Shown one piece after another: positions 1 to 9,223 of a stretch of 64,000 nucleotides of DNA; the first letter of the stretch is position 1; the number at the start of each line of letters is the position of its first letter. Source of the stretch: a bacterium (GTDB lineage: Bacteria > Zhuqueibacterota > Zhuqueibacteria > Zhuqueibacterales > Zhuqueibacteraceae). The position numbers were made by a program, and so were the translations under genes. The stretch spans positions 1 to 64,000 of the forward strand of contig JBIOXB010000130.1 of assembly GCA_044869275.1 (NCBI GenBank). Direction: 5' to 3'. The notes beneath the pieces were generated by a model. The model made no database searches and was not told the origin of the DNA. It saw only the letters and a list, made by a program, of their open reading frames with translations.

Positions 1-605
1 ATGCCTTTAATTTGAGCACGAGCGTGGACGGCGCAATGGCATATGGCGCCGCGGCAATGCGGCACCGAACGCACACGCCGGGCGCCGGGTACACGGAGCG
101 GGGCGAGATCATCCAGGGTGCCAGTACTACGGGCAGCGCGGCTGGAGTTGCGGTGGAGGACAAAAATGTCGCTTCACCCTCGACGGTGATTGTGAACGGC
201 GCGTTCAATGGCTCGGTCGATTGGGCGGTGGTGGCCTTGGAAATCAAGCCGGAGACCGGCATGGCAAAATCCGGCTCGACCGCCGAAAATCCCGCAGCGG
301 CGCCTCCCGCTGCGTTTCAGCTCGAGCAGAATTATCCTAATCCGTTTAACCCCAGCACGGCCATCAGTTTCGAGATTCCGTTGGTGAGCCAGGTCACTCT
401 GAAGATCTATAACGAAACCGGCCAGCTCGTGCGCACGCTCGTCGATGCTGAGATGGCGGCCGGGCGGCATGTGGTGAGTTGGAATGGCCGGAATCGGTCC
501 GGCAACACCGTAGCCGCCGGGATATATCTGTATCGCATTATTGCACGAGACGAAGGCGGCAACGCCGTTTTTATGCAAATGCGGCGAATGACCTTTTTGA
601 AGTAG
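1..605 (+). CDS. C-terminal part of a secreted protein with a FlgD-Ig/T9SS-type C-terminal sorting domain (5' truncated by window edge)
   Basis: The frame is open from the window start and ends in FQLEQNYPNPFNPSTAI...IYNETGQLVRTLV...WNGRN..G..VAAGIYLYR, typical of FlgD-Ig/Secretion-system C-terminal domains. Confidence 0.85.
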   Translation, partial: AFNLSTSVDGAMAYGAAAMRHRTHTPGAGYTERGEIIQGASTTGSAAGVAVEDKNVASPSTVIVNGAFNGSVDWAVVALEIKPETGMAKSGSTAENPAAAPPAAFQLEQNYPNPFNPSTAISFEIPLVSQVTLKIYNETGQLVRTLVDAEMAAGRHVVSWNGRNRSGNTVAAGIYLYRIIARDEGGNAVFMQMRRMTFLK

Positions 606-651
606 CCGGGAGACGGTCCGTTTGGGGGGATTGAGGTCTTCTAACCTGAAG

Positions 652-684
652 AAAGGCCCCGCTTGATATCGAGTGGGGCCTTTT
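652..684 (+). terminator. Rho-independent terminator
   Basis: AAAGGCCCCGCTTG-atat-CGAGTGGGGCCTTTT hairpin followed by T-rich sequence, about 45 nt after the stop. Confidence 0.75.
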
Positions 685-699
685 GATTTTTCACCCTTT

Positions 700-999
700 G
701 GTCACTTTTCCGGAGGAAATATACAAGAGCTTTGAGCAGGCTATCATCCTGAAGCCGAAAATATAATAACGAGCAACCGACTTACGTTGTTAGGCCCGCG
801 GTTGTGATGGAAGTATACACACTTCGATTGAAGTGGGGGTGCTTTCTCGGAGTAGAGCTTGCTTTTTAGCTGGCCGTGCTATATTTTCCACGAAAACGGC
901 CTGTGGGATACGGTTTTCCCTCCGGATATTCCCGAGCGATATTTTGCTGCGACAAAGGGCTATAGACTGCTTGGCAAATTAAGCGAGCTAATCACATGA
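700..999 (+). pseudogene. Decayed remnant of a small gene coupled to the downstream ORF (putative toxin half of a two-gene module)
   Basis: Frame 856-999 reads ...YIFHENGLWDTVFPPDIPERYFAATKGYRLLGKLSELIT* and its TGA overlaps the next ATG (ATGA). Only broken fragments (FEQAII, EQPTYVV) and stop codons lie upstream. Confidence 0.4.
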
Positions 1000-1301
1000 T
1001 GAATATTGAAGACTTAATCAAGGCATATGAGGCTGATGTTATTGACCCGAAAGGGTTGGGACGTTTTGAAGTGCTCAATATGTTGACGAACCGTGACGTC
1101 CTTGAGGAGCACAGGAACGAGTTGACCACTTTGCAGTCAGCCCGCCTGCTTTTTGCTGACGAACATCTTATGGCAATTGGCGAACAGATTATTGCAGAAA
1201 GTGGTGGCGAAGCCGAGTTTATGAAGCTTAGGCAACACCATCCAGCGCCGTCCGCATGGTGGTGGTTTCTAGAACAGATTCCAGTTGAGCGGCTCTCATG
1301 A
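996..1301 (+). CDS. Small acidic helical hypothetical protein with a C-terminal PxxWWWFL motif (possible antitoxin/immunity protein)
   Basis: 101-aa ORF with protein-like composition, lower GC than its neighbours, and ATGA coupling to the upstream remnant. Confidence 0.65.
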   Translation: MMNIEDLIKAYEADVIDPKGLGRFEVLNMLTNRDVLEEHRNELTTLQSARLLFADEHLMAIGEQIIAESGGEAEFMKLRQHHPAPSAWWWFLEQIPVERLS

Positions 1302-1425
1302 TCACTACAGCCGAATTTGCGCCTCAAAACACCCGCCTTCGAAATAAACTTTGCCAAGCTTGCCGGGGTGCTGAGCACCTCCGTTAAACCAAATCCAATA
1401 ACATTCTTACGCAATGGTAGGAGGC

Positions 1426-2893
1426 TTAGTCCAGCTTTGGGCCAATCACAACGCGGAAGCCGAGAGCATCAAGCTGAGTGTCAGGATGAAAATGACGGCG
1501 ATAACCACAACGTGACGAGTACTTGCCAATATACCATGAGTTGCCACGTACTGCGCGCAATCCTTCGACCTCAGTTTCCTCTCTTCCATCCTTTGAGTCA
1601 TAAGGATATGAGGCAGGTAAGCTATTGCACCATTCCTTCACATTTCCTGCCATATCAAAAGCGCCATACGGACTCGAGCTTTCAGTAAACATTGCAACAC
1701 TACATGTTGAGGCAAAACTTGCAGCATTCTGATTTGAAGTTCTTTTCTTGACGAAGATCGCCATTTTTGTGCGGTCCAATATTCAATCATCTCATCGACA
1801 ATTGTTTCCTTTTCCTCCTCCGTACACCCCATCAAAAACTCCCCTTCTGGCACTTCGCACCACTCCAACTTCTCCAATCTGGGGTCGCCCAACTCACCGA
1901 GCACGTCGCCGCAACGGGCGCGGGTGATGATAGTTGGCGCGGAGTTGGTCATGGTGCTCATCAGGCGGTCGATCACTTCCTTCCAACAATCTTCACCCAC
2001 ACTAATGCGGCCGAGGTCTTTCAATGCGGCACCGGCCAGCTCAACGTTTTCGCCGAGATAATCAGCAGGTGGGTCATCGCTGAGCAGGCCGGCGCACCAG
2101 CAAGGCTGTTTTTTCTTCTTCATTGGCCACAAGACCGAGATAACCCAGAGCCAACAAGATCACTTCGCGCCACGCCGGATCATAGGCATGTCTGCGAATC
2201 TGCTCCAGGCTTTTTTGTTCATCCACCTGGCCTTGAAACACGATATGGCGCGCGGCGAGATACTCTTCAAACGTGACGTGGACAAAGCCATAGGCATCCG
2301 GGCCGCGCTCGGCCAGCAAGCCGGAATATTCGCGCACATCATTCAGAAAGCGATGCGCTTCGCGTTCCGCCTCTTCGATGACGAACTTGCGGCGATCGGT
2401 GAAATGGCGGGTGATTTCGCGCTCCAGCTCGGCGCGGCGCGCGGTGCCGGAAGGGCGATGCGCGTGCATCCAATAGGCGAGCGGCGCGAGAATTTTGATC
2501 GTCTCTTTATCGTCCATACCGCCCACGGCCATGCCCGCCAGGCTGCGCGCGCGATTCCTCCGCCAACGTTTCCCCTTCGGGCAATTCCGGCTGCGCCCAC
2601 AGATTCACGAACACTTGTTCCAGCGACATGCGCAGCGGCAGCTTTTCAAATTGGATAATACCTTTAAATTCGAGATGCTGATAGGAGTCGACCAGATGCT
2701 GCAAGTAACGGCGGCGCAAGGAGGGCAGTGCAGCCTGCGGGCGGAGCTGCGGATTTGCGCGTTCGTCCGACATTTGATCCTGCCAGAAAGTAAAGATCAC
2801 AAATGCGATGGCGACGATGCTGAGGGCGATCCATGCCAGCCAGGCCGGACTTCGCTTGGCGATTCTTTTGATCGCGACGAGCATATAATTCAA
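1426..2893 (-). pseudogene. Fragmented NACHT-associated/FGE-sulfatase (SUMF1-like, CLec fold) gene
   Basis: Four ORF pieces in different frames: N-terminal TM plus 'YLQHL..LEQVFVNL'; NACHT helical/WH part 'LAPLAYWMH..SGLLAERG..YGFVHVTFEEYLAA..WREVILLALG'; 'LGELGDPR..WCEVPEGEFLMG'; and FGE C-terminus 'SPYGAFDMAGNVKEW..VRGNSW..LGFRVV'. The Walker A/B core and the middle of the FGE domain are missing. Confidence 0.8.
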
Positions 2894-2996
2894 AGCCCGG
2901 TTGCGTTTGGCAATCCTTCCTTGCAGGAAAGTATTTAAGTCTTTATCTTGGTTTCATGAGGTTTCGTCGTTGCCGGAGGTTCTCATCTGGAGCTTT

Positions 2997-5900
2997 ATGA
3001 CTCGAAATGCACAACCCTTTTTCGCGTTTTCTATGCTTGATCGAATGATTCTGCGCTTCTTGTTTTTCGCCCTTTTAAATGTAACCGGGAGCGCGTTCGC
3101 GCGCAATCAAAAACTGAAATTCGAGCGTCTCTCCCTCGAGCACGGCCTGTCGCAAAGCGTGGTCACGTGCATCGTGCAAGATCGCCTGGGCTTTATGTGG
3201 TTTGGCACGATGGACGGCCTAAATAAATACGACGGCTATGCCTTCACCGTCTTCAAGCACGATCCGCTGGATTCGAGCTCTCTCTCAAGCAATCATATCA
3301 CGGCGCTGTACGAAGATGCTGCTGGCACGCTGTGGATCGGCACGCGCGAAGGCTTGCATCGTTTCGACCGTGTGCGCGGAAGATTCGTGCGCTACCAACA
3401 CAACCCCAACGACGCTTTCAGCTTGAGCGATCAAGCGATCACGGCCATGATTTCCGGCAAGGACCCACATCGCCTCTGGGTGGGAACGGCGGGAGGCGGG
3501 CTGAATCTGCTGGATACGCAAACCGGCAGATGTATAACATACCAGACCGACCCCCAGGCGCCGGCGAGTTTGCCCGGCAATCATGTGCAGGCGCTTTGTT
3601 TGGATCGCACTGGCGCATTGTGGATTGGCACCTGGAGCGGTTTGGCAAAGCTCGAGCAGCTTTCCGAAGATGGCCGCTCGGCGCGCTTCACGAGTTTCAA
3701 ACACGACCCGAAACTGCCAAACAGTTTGAGCAGGAATACGATTTGGGCGGTGCACGAGGACTCCCGCGACGGCCGGACGCTGTGGGTCACCACGTTCGGT
3801 GGCGGCGTCAATCGCTTCGACCGCGCGACCGGACAATTTAAAGTCTATCGCCATCAAGCCGAGGAAGAATTGAGCTTGAGCTATGACGTGGTGCGGCCGA
3901 TTTGTGAAGATCGCGAGGGCACGCTGTGGTTTGGCACGGGCACTGGGCTCAATCGTTATGATCGCGAGCACGATCACTTTCTTCATTATAGCCACGAATC
4001 TTCAAATCCGCAAAGCTTGAGCAACAACGATGTTTGGTCGATTTTTGAAGATCGTTCCGGCGTGCTATGGGTTGGGACATACGGCGGGGGTTTGAGCAAA
4101 TTCAGCAAGGCGGGTGAAAAGTTCGAGCACTATGCCCACGACCCGGGCGATCCGCACAGCCTGGGGCATAACATGGTGATGTCCATTGCCGAAGATGAGC
4201 GCGGCAGAATGTGGATCGGCACGGGCGGAGGCGGGCTTTACCAAATGGTTGCGCCGGCGGAAAATGAGAGGCATCGGCATGCCGTTCAGTTCAAGCGTTA
4301 TGCACATGAACCGGCGAATCCCCACAGTCTGTTGAGCGACGGTGTGGCGGCGATTTGCGCCGGTCATTATCGCGGCCAGCCGGCGTTGTGGGTGGGAACC
4401 GGTGATGGTTTGCACCGCATGACGGCGGAAGGGCGTTTTGTGCATTATCAATACGAGAGGGAGAATCCTCACAGCCTGGGCGGCCAGGGCGTCAGTGTCA
4501 TTTTTGAATCGCCGGAAACCGGCACGTTGTGGGTGGGCACCGGTGCCGGGGGACTGAACCGGTTTACGACCGATCTGCATGCAACCAATGGCAGTCGCGA
4601 TGGAACGCAGGAGGGATTCGTGCGTTACCGCCATGATCCGGCGAATGCCAACAGCCTGAGCAGTAATGCCATTCACGCACTCGCTGAATCGCGAACCGGC
4701 GGCGATTTGTATTTATGGATTGGAACTGCGGAAGGCCTGAATCGCTTGCACCAAACGACGGGAGAAATCAAGCGCTATCGCCATCGCGCAAACGATGCCA
4801 CGAGTCTCAGCAACGATCAAGTGCTGGCAATTTACGCCGATGCAGACAGCGCAGGGGGAACACTCTGGGTTGGCACCGCCGGCGGCGGCTTGAATTTGCT
4901 TGACGTGCGGCGGGAAACGTTCACGAGCTTCGTTGAAAAGGACGGGCTGCCGAACGGCGTAATTTACGGGATTCTCGGCGATGACCGCGGCCATCTATGG
5001 TTGAGTACGAACAATGGCTTGTCGAAATTTGCAAAAGCCACGCGCGGGTTCCGCAATTATAGCACGGCGGACGGCCTGCAAAGCCGCGAGTTTAATCAGG
5101 GCGGCTATTTTCGCAACCGCCGCGGCGAGATGTTTTTCGGCGGCATCAACGGCTTCAATCGTTTTCATCCCGAACACATCGAAGACAATCCACAGGCGCC
5201 GCTCGTCGTGCTGACTTCTTTCAAAAAGCTTGACAAAGAGGCCAAACTCGACACCGCGATCAGCATGATCAAGCACATCAGATTGTCTTATCGGGATTAT
5301 TTCATCGCCTTCGCTTTCGCGGCGCTGGAATATACGCATCCGGAGAAGAATCAATACGCCTACAAGCTCGAGGGTTTTGATGAAGACTGGGTGTACTGCG
5401 ACACACGGCGCTACGCGAGCTACACCAATCTCGCGGGCGGGCGTTATGTCTTCCGCGTGAAAGGGGCAAACAGCGACGGCGTGTGGAACGCGGAGGGTTT
5501 GGCGGTTCATCTCGTGGTGACGCCGCCAGTCTGGAAAACGTGGTGGTTTCTCGCGAGCACGGCGGTTTTATTTACCGGCGGGGGCTTTTGGTTTCATCGC
5601 CGGCGCCTGCGCTTGCGGCTGGAAAAAGCCCGCATGGCCAATGAACTGCAAGCGGCGCACGACATGCAAATGCGCCTGATGCCGGCGCGCGCCCCGCAGA
5701 TTCCGGCCTTTGACATTGCCGGTGTCTGCCGGCCCGCCGAGGAAGTCGGCGGCGATTTTTTCGATTATGTCTGGCTGGACGAAAACCAGACCAAGCTCGG
5801 CATTGTGCTGGTCGATGTCAGCGACAAGGCTATCGCCGGCGCGATGACGGCCGTGCTCACCAGCGGCATGATCAGCAGTGAAGTGGCGACATTCCGCTCA

Positions 5901-6374
5901 CCGCGCTTGCTCTTGCGGCGCATCAACAAAACCATGTATCGAAAAACCGACAGCCATGTCTTCACCGCGATGTCGTTTGCGGCTTTGGATGTTGTTCAAA
6001 AAATTTTGACTTTCGCGAATGCGGGCCAAACCGAGCCCTTATTATTGCGCCATCACCAGATCAAGTATTTGCAAATCGAGGGCATGCGCCTGCCCCTGGG
6101 CTTGCAAAAACATGTGGAATACAATGAAGCGACGCTCGCGCTGCAACCGGGAGATTTGTTGGTGTTTTATACTGACGGCTTGACCGATGCGATGAATGCC
6201 GAGCAAGAATCGTTCGGCCACGAACGCTTGGAGAGCACCTTGCGCCAGTATTCCGGCGAAGCAAGTGCAAAAGTTATCGTCGAGAGCTTGCTGCACGAAG
6301 TGGCAAAATTCACCGGTGCCGTGCGACAGTACGATGATGTCACGGTGGTGGTGGTGAAGGTGCAAAGCGCGTAA
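2997..6374 (+). CDS. Membrane sensor phosphatase: periplasmic two-component-regulator beta-propellers, Y_Y_Y domain, TM helix and SpoIIE/PP2C domain
   Basis: Repeated 'SLS.N.V..I.ED..G.LW.GT..GL.R' units, YAYKLEG..YTNL..GRY.FRVK, TM 'WKTWWF', then EVGGDFFD / DVSDK / FYTDGLTDA / DDVT PP2C motifs. Start placed at the GGAG-preceded ATG 2997 (uncertain). Confidence 0.9.
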   Translation: MTRNAQPFFAFSMLDRMILRFLFFALLNVTGSAFARNQKLKFERLSLEHGLSQSVVTCIVQDRLGFMWFGTMDGLNKYDGYAFTVFKHDPLDSSSLSSNHITALYEDAAGTLWIGTREGLHRFDRVRGRFVRYQHNPNDAFSLSDQAITAMISGKDPHRLWVGTAGGGLNLLDTQTGRCITYQTDPQAPASLPGNHVQALCLDRTGALWIGTWSGLAKLEQLSEDGRSARFTSFKHDPKLPNSLSRNTIWAVHEDSRDGRTLWVTTFGGGVNRFDRATGQFKVYRHQAEEELSLSYDVVRPICEDREGTLWFGTGTGLNRYDREHDHFLHYSHESSNPQSLSNNDVWSIFEDRSGVLWVGTYGGGLSKFSKAGEKFEHYAHDPGDPHSLGHNMVMSIAEDERGRMWIGTGGGGLYQMVAPAENERHRHAVQFKRYAHEPANPHSLLSDGVAAICAGHYRGQPALWVGTGDGLHRMTAEGRFVHYQYERENPHSLGGQGVSVIFESPETGTLWVGTGAGGLNRFTTDLHATNGSRDGTQEGFVRYRHDPANANSLSSNAIHALAESRTGGDLYLWIGTAEGLNRLHQTTGEIKRYRHRANDATSLSNDQVLAIYADADSAGGTLWVGTAGGGLNLLDVRRETFTSFVEKDGLPNGVIYGILGDDRGHLWLSTNNGLSKFAKATRGFRNYSTADGLQSREFNQGGYFRNRRGEMFFGGINGFNRFHPEHIEDNPQAPLVVLTSFKKLDKEAKLDTAISMIKHIRLSYRDYFIAFAFAALEYTHPEKNQYAYKLEGFDEDWVYCDTRRYASYTNLAGGRYVFRVKGANSDGVWNAEGLAVHLVVTPPVWKTWWFLASTAVLFTGGGFWFHRRRLRLRLEKARMANELQAAHDMQMRLMPARAPQIPAFDIAGVCRPAEEVGGDFFDYVWLDENQTKLGIVLVDVSDKAIAGAMTAVLTSGMISSEVATFRSPRLLLRRINKTMYRKTDSHVFTAMSFAALDVVQKILTFANAGQTEPLLLRHHQIKYLQIEGMRLPLGLQKHVEYNEATLALQPGDLLVFYTDGLTDAMNAEQESFGHERLESTLRQYSGEASAKVIVESLLHEVAKFTGAVRQYDDVTVVVVKVQSA

Positions 6375-6395
6375 TCTTGGGCTATGATCGCTCCC

Positions 6396-6448
6396 CATTA
6401 ACAATTGACAATTATCAATTATCAATTATCAATTGATAATTGATAATG
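6396..6448. repeat. 7-mer (CAATTAT) tandem repeat forming a perfect 30-bp palindrome (6418-6447)
   Basis: ATTATCAATTATCAATTGATAATTGATAAT is its own reverse complement. Confidence 0.9.
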
Positions 6449-6550
6449 ACCAAAATGAAACGACAGCCTGCGGGCCAGCGCTCATGATAAGGATCGCGCC
6501 CGTATTCCTCGGGGGTTTAACACAATACTGGCTTTAGACCGAAAAACCGT

Positions 6551-6579
6551 TTGACTTTCCCGCGAAAATTTCTTAACAT
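6551..6579 (+). promoter_or_regulatory. Sigma70-type promoter
   Basis: TTGACT-N17-TAACAT, about 60 nt upstream of the next gene. Confidence 0.55.
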
Positions 6580-6640
6580 AAAGTGTGTGTGAGACAGAAA
6601 ATATGTGCCACGTGTCGCAAGCGATTTTGCGAGGAATGAG

Positions 6641-7162
6641 ATGAGAAAAATGAGAATCTTCGCCGCCTTGTCGCTGGTGTTGCTGCTGCCGGCTTTAGCC
6701 TCCGCGCAACTCAAGAGCCCGGATAAACCTGCGTCGTTCTCACAGCTTCTGACGCAAGGCTTGTCAGCGCCCAGGAGCCTCATCGGTATGATCGGCTTGA
6801 ACCCCAATCGTTTTTCCATGCAGCAAAGCTATTCGCTTTCATATTTGTCGGCGGGCGGACAGGGATTCAGCCAGGGCGTTTATCTGAACACCATGAGCTA
6901 TCGTTTTTCCGATCCGCTGCAAGTTTCCTTGCAATGGGGAATCATGAACCAGCCCTTGTCCTCACTGGGCGTGCCGTCGATGTATTCGAGTGGGTTCTTT
7001 TTATCAGGCGCGAATCTGGAATACAAGCCGAGCAAAAACATGTCGGTGGGCATTCAATTCAATTCTTATCCGGCAGGTTCTTATTATCCCTATCGCGCCG
7101 GCTATTATCCCTATTACGATTACTCGCCCAGTCGCAGCGATTCGCCCAGTTCGGAGCGATGA
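6641..7162 (+). CDS. Exported hypothetical protein, beta-strand rich
   Basis: GAGGA RBS, Sec signal peptide (..LLPALASA|Q) and amphipathic strands. Followed by a terminator. Confidence 0.8.
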   Translation: MRKMRIFAALSLVLLLPALASAQLKSPDKPASFSQLLTQGLSAPRSLIGMIGLNPNRFSMQQSYSLSYLSAGGQGFSQGVYLNTMSYRFSDPLQVSLQWGIMNQPLSSLGVPSMYSSGFFLSGANLEYKPSKNMSVGIQFNSYPAGSYYPYRAGYYPYYDYSPSRSDSPSSER

Positions 7163-7178
7163 ATTCTTGCAAAAAATT

Positions 7179-7208
7179 AATGACTCGCGCGGGCGGGTCA
7201 TTTTTTTG
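7179..7208 (+). terminator. Rho-independent terminator
   Basis: AATGACTCGC-gcgg-GCGGGTCATT followed by a T run. Confidence 0.7.
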
Positions 7209-7289
7209 TTCAAAGCTTTTTCTGAGGGTTTTTTCTCAAGCGCGAGTTTGAGAAAAAAACTGGAAAACACCTAGTGGAAGGAGAAGGAC

Positions 7290-7835
7290 GTGTCGAGTCA
7301 ACGCATGGCCACGCCAAGCCGGCCGCGCAAGAATGACGCCAACACCATGGCAAAACGCACGGCCACCCGCCGCAGCAAACCCGAATTCAATCTCAAACAA
7401 ACGCTCTTCACCACGGCGCTGTGGGCGCTGGGCATTGTCAACGTCATTCTCATCGTCTCATTCGTGAGCAAACATTTTTTGAGCGGGCGCGAGCATTCCA
7501 TCAGCTCGGAAGCGGAAATGATCACTCCCGAGAATCTCAAAATCGAGGTGTTGAACGGCTGTGGCGTCGATGGCTTGGCGCGCAAATACGCCGACCTGCT
7601 GAAGGAAAAGGGCTTCGATCCGGTCAACGTCGCGACCTATGAGCGCACGGATTTGCCGCGCACATACATCATCGACCGCCGCTCAAAAGAAATGGTCATG
7701 GGATTGCAGATCGCTAAATTCCTGGGACTGCCCGACCAATACGTTTCCTATCAACAAGCCAAGCCCGATCGCATGGTGGCGGTGAGCGTCATCTTGGGAC
7801 AAGATTATAAAACAATTCCTGCCAATCCGAAATGA
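7290..7835 (+). CDS. Membrane-anchored LytR C-terminal domain protein
   Basis: AGGAGAAGG RBS, one TM helix, motifs 'IEVLNGCGVDGLA' and 'VSVILGQDY'. Confidence 0.85.
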   Translation: MSSQRMATPSRPRKNDANTMAKRTATRRSKPEFNLKQTLFTTALWALGIVNVILIVSFVSKHFLSGREHSISSEAEMITPENLKIEVLNGCGVDGLARKYADLLKEKGFDPVNVATYERTDLPRTYIIDRRSKEMVMGLQIAKFLGLPDQYVSYQQAKPDRMVAVSVILGQDYKTIPANPK

Positions 7836-7859
7836 GGGCGGTTTCGCGCGGAAAAGATT

Positions 7860-9203
7860 GTGTACACACTTGTTGCGCAAGATAAATCTCGCTTCACCGG
7901 AAAAAGCTTTTGGTTCACTTTTTACAACGGGCTTGCGGTGCCGGTGATGGCCCTGCTGTTTCGTCTCCTCGCGGTTTTGCCATTCTCCTCCCGCCGGATC
8001 GGAAAAATCCGCCAAGGTGTTTTAGGCCGCCAAAATCTCTTTGCCGAATTGTCGTCACAACTTCAGCGCTGCGGGGAAGGGCCGCGTGTGTGGATTCACG
8101 CCTCGTCCATGGGCGAGTGCGAGCAGGCCCTGCCCCTCCTGCGTGAGCTGCGCGAGCGCCATGCGCAAGTGGTGCGGGTCTTGACTCTATTCTCACCCAG
8201 CGCCTATACCCATGTTTCCCGGAAAAACCTGCCTGTTGAGGTGCTGTGCTATTTGCCCTTCGACAGTCTGCCGCACGTGCGCCGGTTTTTTGATTTGGTG
8301 AAACCGGCGGCGGGTATTTTCATTCGCCACGATTTGTGGCCGAACTTTTTGTGGGAAGGGCGAAAGCGCGGCGTCAGGCTCTTGCTCGCCGATGCCAGCG
8401 TAAGCACGAATGCGAAATCCCTCCGGCACAAGCCCGGGGTGCGGCGTTTCAATCGGGAAATCTTCGCGAACTTCGACTGGATTTGCGCGGTGTCCCGCGC
8501 GGCGGCTGAAGATTTGCGCGGCTTGCTGCGTTTTCCCGAGCGTTTGCGCTTCACCGGCGATACGCGCTACGACCAGGTTTTATTTCGCACCCAAGCCGCG
8601 AACGTGCGCCGGCTTTTGCCCGAAGCCTGGCAAAAACGCGAGCACACGCTGGTCGCGGGCAGCACCTGGCCTTCGGATGAAGAGATCGTGATTCCCGCTT
8701 TTGCCGCGGCGCGCGCACATGTGCCCGCTGCAAAAATGATCCTGGTTCCGCACGAGCCGACGGAAGAGCATTTGCATGGCGCGGAAAAATTGCTGGAACA
8801 GCATCGCCTCACCAGTTGCCGGTTGTCAAGTATTTCTTCCCGGCCGGCGGCGGAAATCTTGCTGGTCGATCGCGTCGGTGTGCTGGCGGAACTGTACGGC
8901 GCGGGCAACGTCGCGTTTGTCGGCGGAAGCTTCGGCCCCGGCGTGCACAGCGTGCTGGAGGCGGCCGCGCATGGCGTGCCGGTTTTGTACGGACCGCGCA
9001 TGCGCAATTCGGCGGAAGCTGTGGAAATGGAGCAAATGGGCATCGGCAGGGTCATTCCGGAGGCGGAAGCAGGCGCGCAAATTTTGCACGAATTGCTGGC
9101 CGGGCCATCCGTTGCTCAAGCTTGGGGAAAGAAGTGCCGTACTTTCGTAGAACAGAAAGCCGGCGCGTCACGTGAGATTGTCGCATTGTTAGAATTGCGG
9201 TAA
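7860..9203 (+). CDS. waaA: 3-deoxy-D-manno-octulosonic acid (Kdo) transferase
   Basis: Motifs WIHASSMGE, YLPFD, DLWPN, TGDTRYD, AGSTW, LVPHEP, AFVGGSF and HSVLEAA. Confidence 0.92.
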   Translation: MYTLVAQDKSRFTGKSFWFTFYNGLAVPVMALLFRLLAVLPFSSRRIGKIRQGVLGRQNLFAELSSQLQRCGEGPRVWIHASSMGECEQALPLLRELRERHAQVVRVLTLFSPSAYTHVSRKNLPVEVLCYLPFDSLPHVRRFFDLVKPAAGIFIRHDLWPNFLWEGRKRGVRLLLADASVSTNAKSLRHKPGVRRFNREIFANFDWICAVSRAAAEDLRGLLRFPERLRFTGDTRYDQVLFRTQAANVRRLLPEAWQKREHTLVAGSTWPSDEEIVIPAFAAARAHVPAAKMILVPHEPTEEHLHGAEKLLEQHRLTSCRLSSISSRPAAEILLVDRVGVLAELYGAGNVAFVGGSFGPGVHSVLEAAAHGVPVLYGPRMRNSAEAVEMEQMGIGRVIPEAEAGAQILHELLAGPSVAQAWGKKCRTFVEQKAGASREIVALLELR

Positions 9204-9223
9204 CGCTTCAGGGGCTTTTTCAT

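Noticed and set aside
1426..1600. DGR variable region in the FGE C-terminus
   Set aside because: I found no reverse transcriptase, Avd or near-duplicate template repeat in this window. A remote DGR cannot be excluded.
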